A stretch of DNA of 64,000 nucleotides. Origin: the human T2T-CHM13v2.0 reference genome, Homo sapiens. A program made the translations under genes and the position numbers. Positions within the stretch are counted from its first letter, which is position 1; the number at the start of each line of letters is the position of its first letter. Location of the stretch: NCBI RefSeq assembly GCF_009914755.1, contig NC_060926.1, one strand, 5' to 3'. The notes under the pieces were generated by a model. It was not told where the DNA came from, made no database searches, and saw only the letters and a list, made by a program, of their open reading frames with translations. Of this stretch, positions 56,472 to 64,000 are shown piece by piece.

Positions 56472-56920
56472 AATCTACAGATATGTATTCGTGTGTGTGT
56501 GTGTGTGTATATATATATAAATCTATTCTTATAAACACATTTAAACACCTTTTGGGCAGAGATTTTTTCCTAAACCAATTATTTTCACCTCTAGCCCACA
56601 TTTCTCATTACAGGGAATGTCATTTATGCTGTCCCCAAGCCAGAAATCTAGAACCATCTTAGAGTTCTCCCTATTCTTCACTGCACATTTAGTGGATCAA
56701 ATGAACATTCAAGGTTTCCTCATTCTCTGTTATAAACATAATGTGTATATGTCATTTACACTCCAAATCCACTGCTATAACCCTACTTCAAGTACTAATT
56801 GCTGCTCACCTAGACCCTAAAATAATAGACCCTAAAATAAACTCTTGTCTATTTTATTTTCCAGCTTCGTTCCTTTCTAATTGGTCTTCTACATTACTGC
56901 CAGCATAATCTTTCATTCTG
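56050..56920 (+). mobile_element. L2 fragment interrupted by (TC)n(TG)n(TA)n
   Basis: catgatcaaatccaa...ttcttccttgacttctgtaa...ccaagccagaaatctagaaccatcttagagttctcc. Confidence 0.6.
56392..56520. repeat. Compound (TC)n(TG)n ... (TG)n(TA)n microsatellite
   Basis: Read directly. Confidence 0.95.
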
Positions 56921-57999
56921 TAAGAAAAAACTGAGTGAAATGTCCAGTGTCATATTTACTCACCATGTGACCTAAACAAGTCATTTACATCCTCTTGGCC
57001 CCATTTTCCTCATCTGCAAATGCAAATATTAGTATCTACTAAAATTATTGATAAATATATTCCTTGACTTCTTGAGCCAGAAGAAAAAATGTAGGCATCA
57101 TCTCATTTACCAACTCAATCTATGGATAAGAAAAGACTAACGTACCCTTTGTTTGCTCAAGGTCACAGAATGATTTAATGTAAAAATAGGAATAAGTTAT
57201 CAATCTCCTGGTTCTTAGTCCAGTGTTCTTTCAATTCACCTACAGGCCTTTAAATATGTATCATGCATATTATGTCATACTGTTAAAGATGTATTGAAAA
57301 GGATGTTCTCAATATCCCGTGATAAAACTTTATAAATATTGATTATTGAACAATAGCCTTAGAAGAAATTTCTTTGAATTAATCACACTAAGCTGGCAGC
57401 TACACCTTAGTCCATCATTTTGTCTTATTGTTATCTTCAGCTTTTGCTTAATGGACTCCAGAATGTTACATATATCTTTTGCTCAGTAGGCTGAGTGAAA
57501 ACAAATACTAGATGAGGATTTCCGTCTAATGAGTGAAGCATGCCGGAGGCATGCACAGGAATATATATCACCCTGCCACTGGCTGTTTTAGGGTAAGATG
57601 CACTTTCTTCCTACGTTCCCAAGGTAGAACAAACAGGTCATTTGACAACGATGTTCAAGATTTATTGTATTTTATCTAGTAAAGATAATCAACATATAGA
57701 AATCAACCTCTATTGCTTTTACAAACAAGCAAAACCCACCACCAAGAGCAATCACCAGCGAATAGTTTTGGGAAAATGTGGATACAATAAATAATTCATG
57801 ATGACTTTTCACATAATCTTTTTACTTTCTGAGTGGCTATGTTTCTTGATACCAAAATTCTCCCTTATGAACACACATACTTCTTATTGTATTACTTTAA
57901 GCCTAAACTGCTAGAATATACTGTTTACCTACATAGACTGAAAGAGGGAATCTAGTTTGGAAAATTGCAAAGATTATCAAAAACTGTTAAAATCCCTTC

Positions 58000-58057
58000 T
58001 CCTCCTCCTCATCATTATCATCATCACCCTCATCATCCTCATCATCATCACTATCAT
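58000..58057. repeat. (TCC)n/(TCA)n degenerate trinucleotide repeat
   Basis: Read directly; abuts a MIR tail. Confidence 0.85.
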
Positions 58058-58254
58058 TGTTGTGTCATTTTATATGTTATTTACTGAATGCTTAGTATGT
58101 GTCTGACTCTGAGCTATGTACTTTATATGCATGTACATAAATAACCAGTTATTGTAGGCGTTATGTGGGTTCATTTTACAAATTAAAAAAAGAGAAAACT
58201 AAAGAAGGTTAAGTATCTTGTGCATGGACCCATCGTAGATGGTGGACCAAACTC

Positions 58255-58256
58255 AA

Positions 58257-58290
<34 letters not shown>

Positions 58291-58409
58291 CTTTAAGTTC
58301 TAGGGTACATGTGCACAACGTGCAGGTTTGTTATATATGTATACACGTGCCATGCTGGTGTGCTGCACCCATTAACTCGTCTTTTACATTAGGTATATCT
58401 CCTAATGCT
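58255..58409 (-). mobile_element. Short 5'-truncated L1PA (about PA4/5) with (TAT)n tail, inserted in a MIR
   Basis: tatactttaagttctagggtacatgtgcacaacgtgcagg...; perfect 10-bp TSD gaccaaactc (58245-58254 / 58410-58419). Confidence 0.95.
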
Positions 58410-59889
58410 GACCAAACTCTTAATTCCTATGACTTAAGTGCCTCTCTCTCTCTCTATCTCCACATCCAAATACTAAAGTGTACGTCTTTTTTTTAAAGAA
58501 AAGTAATCATAACTTTTGGAGGAAATTTATCTTAAGAAAAAAATTTAATTCTATATGCAGGAAGAGGCACATTACAGCAGAATCAAAAATATAAAACATT
58601 TTTAAAGTGCAGAAAATAAATAGTTCAGTATAATATGGGCATATGAATTTTCTTAAGTAATAAGCATCATTTAGCCTTTGTGAAAATTTCCTAGCAACAT
58701 GAATACACGCTTACAATAAATAGTAAATGAAAAGTTCAGAATACTTATGTCTACACTAAAAATATAATCATGAAGACCATACTGGATATTTAGATGAGTG
58801 AAGAGAACAGGGAATAGTGATATGCAGGGAACATTTTCTGACTGCTCTTCTTTGATATTATTTCTGATCCTCTTAAAATGTAGTTTTTGAAATAAATACC
58901 TTAAAAAATTTAACTGTTAACTTGATAGATTATAACAGGTGATAAACATCGTTAAAGATTTCCAAAGAAAAGTGACATTTACGAAGGAGACATTTTCTTA
59001 GCAGTACCAATTTTGTCATCTTTTTCACAGAGATAAGGAAAATTACTCTACACCTTATTTGGTTTAAGGTTAGCTATTGTTTTGTTCTAGTTTCTCTTCA
59101 TTTTTAAATATTTTTGGTTCAAAAATTAAAACTCTTCACTATACTCTCCAAAGGTAATGGAATTGAAGGGGACTTCAAAATTGATAGGAGCACAGGAATT
59201 CCTAAGATAATAATATCTTACATTTTATTTTCATAAATATATCAAGGATATTGTGTGAAAAATGTTTCTCTCATACATTGATGCTTATTTTGAGAAACAT
59301 TTTTCTAGCAGAGTACAACAAAAAGTGGTATGACAGATTTTATGCAAATCAATCTGTAGTTCATATCCATACATTTGAATAGTGTATCATTTGCTGAAAG
59401 TTTCTTCTAGTAAGGACCCTTTAGATATTTATAAGTGATATAACTTCCCAAATGTTCTCAATTACTCATATACACCTTCAAACTAAATTTTTTCTGTAAA
59501 AACTCAGAATAGATTTATTAGAGAGGGAGACTTAATGGAATATTATGTGTAGCAATAACAATGGATCCTGAGAAGCGGAGATCTGTGGAAGTCCTTGCCA
59601 ACTGAGACTGAACCCAGATCTAAGATTTTGAATAAGTCATCTGGACTGGTACTAAAATCACTAAGTCATAAAATGTTCCTCCCAAGAACATTTGCGCTCC
59701 CATGTTCTACTACTATTTGCATTCATTCACAAATTATTGAGCCTAATACAAAACACCAAAAATCAATCAATTTGTTTTAGTTTCTGCATATGGCTTTTAA
59801 AAAGTATTAGGTAAACTTAGTCAAGGATGAAAACAATATTCAACATCCCTATTTTCTATATTTTATGAGTTTTGCCATATTCAATTTGT

Positions 59890-62457
<2,568 letters not shown>

Positions 62458-62473
62458 TAAAAATATTTGTTGT

Positions 62474-62772
62474 GGCCAGGTGCAGTGGCTCACACCTGTA
62501 ATCCCAGCACTTTGGGAGGCAAGGCGGTCGGATCACGAGGTCAGGAGATCGAGACCATCCTGGCTAACATGGTGAAACCCTGTACCTATTAAAAATACAC
62601 AAAATTAGCCGGGTGTGGTCGCGGGCACCTGTAGTCCCAACTGCTCCGGAGGCTGAGGCAGGAGAATGGCGTGAACCCGGGAGGCAGAGCTTGCAAGTGA
62701 GCTGAGATTGCGCCACTGCATTCCAGCCTGGGTGACAGAGCAAGACTCCGTCTCAAAAAAAAAACAAAAAAA
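62474..62772 (+). mobile_element. AluY
   Basis: gagatcgagaccatcctggctaac and ggagaatggcgtgaacccgggaggcagagcttgca diagnostics. Confidence 0.96.
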
Positions 62773-64000
62773 TTGTTAATTTTATTGAGGATCCCTTATA
62801 TGTGATGAGTTGGATCTCTTCTACTGCTTTCAAAATTATCTCTGTTTTTTGAGTTTGATTGTGATGTGAGTAGGTGTGTAGTTCTTTGAATTTATACTAA
62901 ATGGATTTCATTGAACTTTTTGTATGTGCAGATAAATATTATCATCAAATTTGAGAGATTTTGAACAATGAAAACACATGGACACAGGAAGGGGAACATC
63001 ACACTCTGGGGACTGTTGTGGGGTTGGGGGAGGGGGGAGGGATAGCATTAGGAGATATACCTAATGCTAAATGACGAGTTAATGGGTGCAGCACACCAGC
63101 ATGGCACATGTATACATATGTAACTAACCTGCATATTGTGCACATGTACCCTAAAACTTAAAGTATAATAATAAAAAAAATTTTGAGAGATTTTAAGCCA
63201 TAAATTCTTCATATATTCTTTCTACCCCTTTCTTCCTTCTCCTTCTGGATATTTTATTATGGATATATTGGTATGCTTGACGGTGTCCACAGGTTTCTTA
63301 GGCTCTGTTCATTTTCTTTACTTTTTTTTTTTCCTTTCTCTTCCTCAGACTAGATAATCCCCATTGGCCTATATTCATGTTCAATTATTTCTTCTGCTTA
63401 TAGCTGAAATCTATTTCTAATTCCTCTATTTTATTTTCAATTATTTTAATTTAAATCCAGAATTTCTATACGGTTTGTAAAAAATAATTTATATCTTTGT
63501 ATCGATATTCTGTACTTGGTGAGGCATCGTTCCATACTATAATTGTTTAGACAGTTTTCTTTTTTTTTTGGTCATATTTATAATAGCTGTTTAATGTCTG
63601 TCTTGTCTAATGAGTCTAATACCTGGGCTTTTTCAGGAACCAGTTTCTTTTGACTTCTGTTTTTGTTTTTCTGTGTATGGGTTATACTTTCCTGTTTATC
63701 ATGTCTTATATATTTTTGTTGTTTTGTTTAAAAATGGGACATTTAAAATAATATAATGTTGCAACTCTGAAAATCTAAGTTCTGTGCTCTCGCATTCTAT
63801 GCTTTCCTATGGGTTATTATTGTTGCTCATTGTTGTTGGTGGTGATTGTGGTTACATTTTTTTGTTTTGAGACTTTCCTCAACTAATTCTGTAAAGTCAG
63901 TCTTTTCATTTGAAGCTACTTAAGTTTCTGTTCAAGTATGTATGTTAGTGTTCAGATGACGACTGGACATAGATTTCCTTAAGTGCCTGGAACCACCTTC
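62773..64000 (-). mobile_element. L1M ORF1/5' region, interrupted by L1PA
   Basis: ttattgaggatcccttatatgtgatgag...ctgctttcaaaatt...gtccacaggtttcttaggctctgttcatttt, typical antisense old L1 ORF1. Confidence 0.8.
62963..63180 (+). mobile_element. 5'-truncated L1PA3-like 3' end
   Basis: ggacacaggaaggggaacatcacactctgggg...ccctaaaacttaaagtataataat; 13-bp TSD tttgagagatttt; lacks the L1HS-Ta ACA diagnostic. Confidence 0.95.

Overview
Primate (very probably human) genomic DNA, AT-rich, not prokaryotic: no CRISPR, operons, tRNA or rRNA. The only recognisable coding sequence is exon 1 of LRP1B on the minus strand (CDS 38099->38018, [27 protein letters not shown] + 1 nt, then a GTAAGG donor), inside a TATA-less CpG-island promoter (~37430-38420). 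Everything to the left is the first 38 kb of the very long intron 1; everything to the right is upstream flank. The rest is mostly interspersed repeats (Alu, L1, L2, MIR, MaLR LTRs, hAT DNA transposons) and microsatellites; subfamily calls were made by eye and boundaries of old elements are approximate. I see no clearly novel system. The best leads, all untested, are: (1) three sense-strand polypyrimidine-YAG|GTAA sites spaced 7-13 kb apart in intron 1, resembling recursive-splicing ratchet points; (2) an in-frame upstream AUG adding 37 aa with a (GCC)6 poly-Ala tract ahead of the signal peptide; (3) an AT-rich minisatellite containing perfect 38-bp-arm and 21-bp-arm palindromes; (4) candidate upstream sense exons, one phase-compatible with LRP1B exon 2; (5) a p53/p63-like element upstream.
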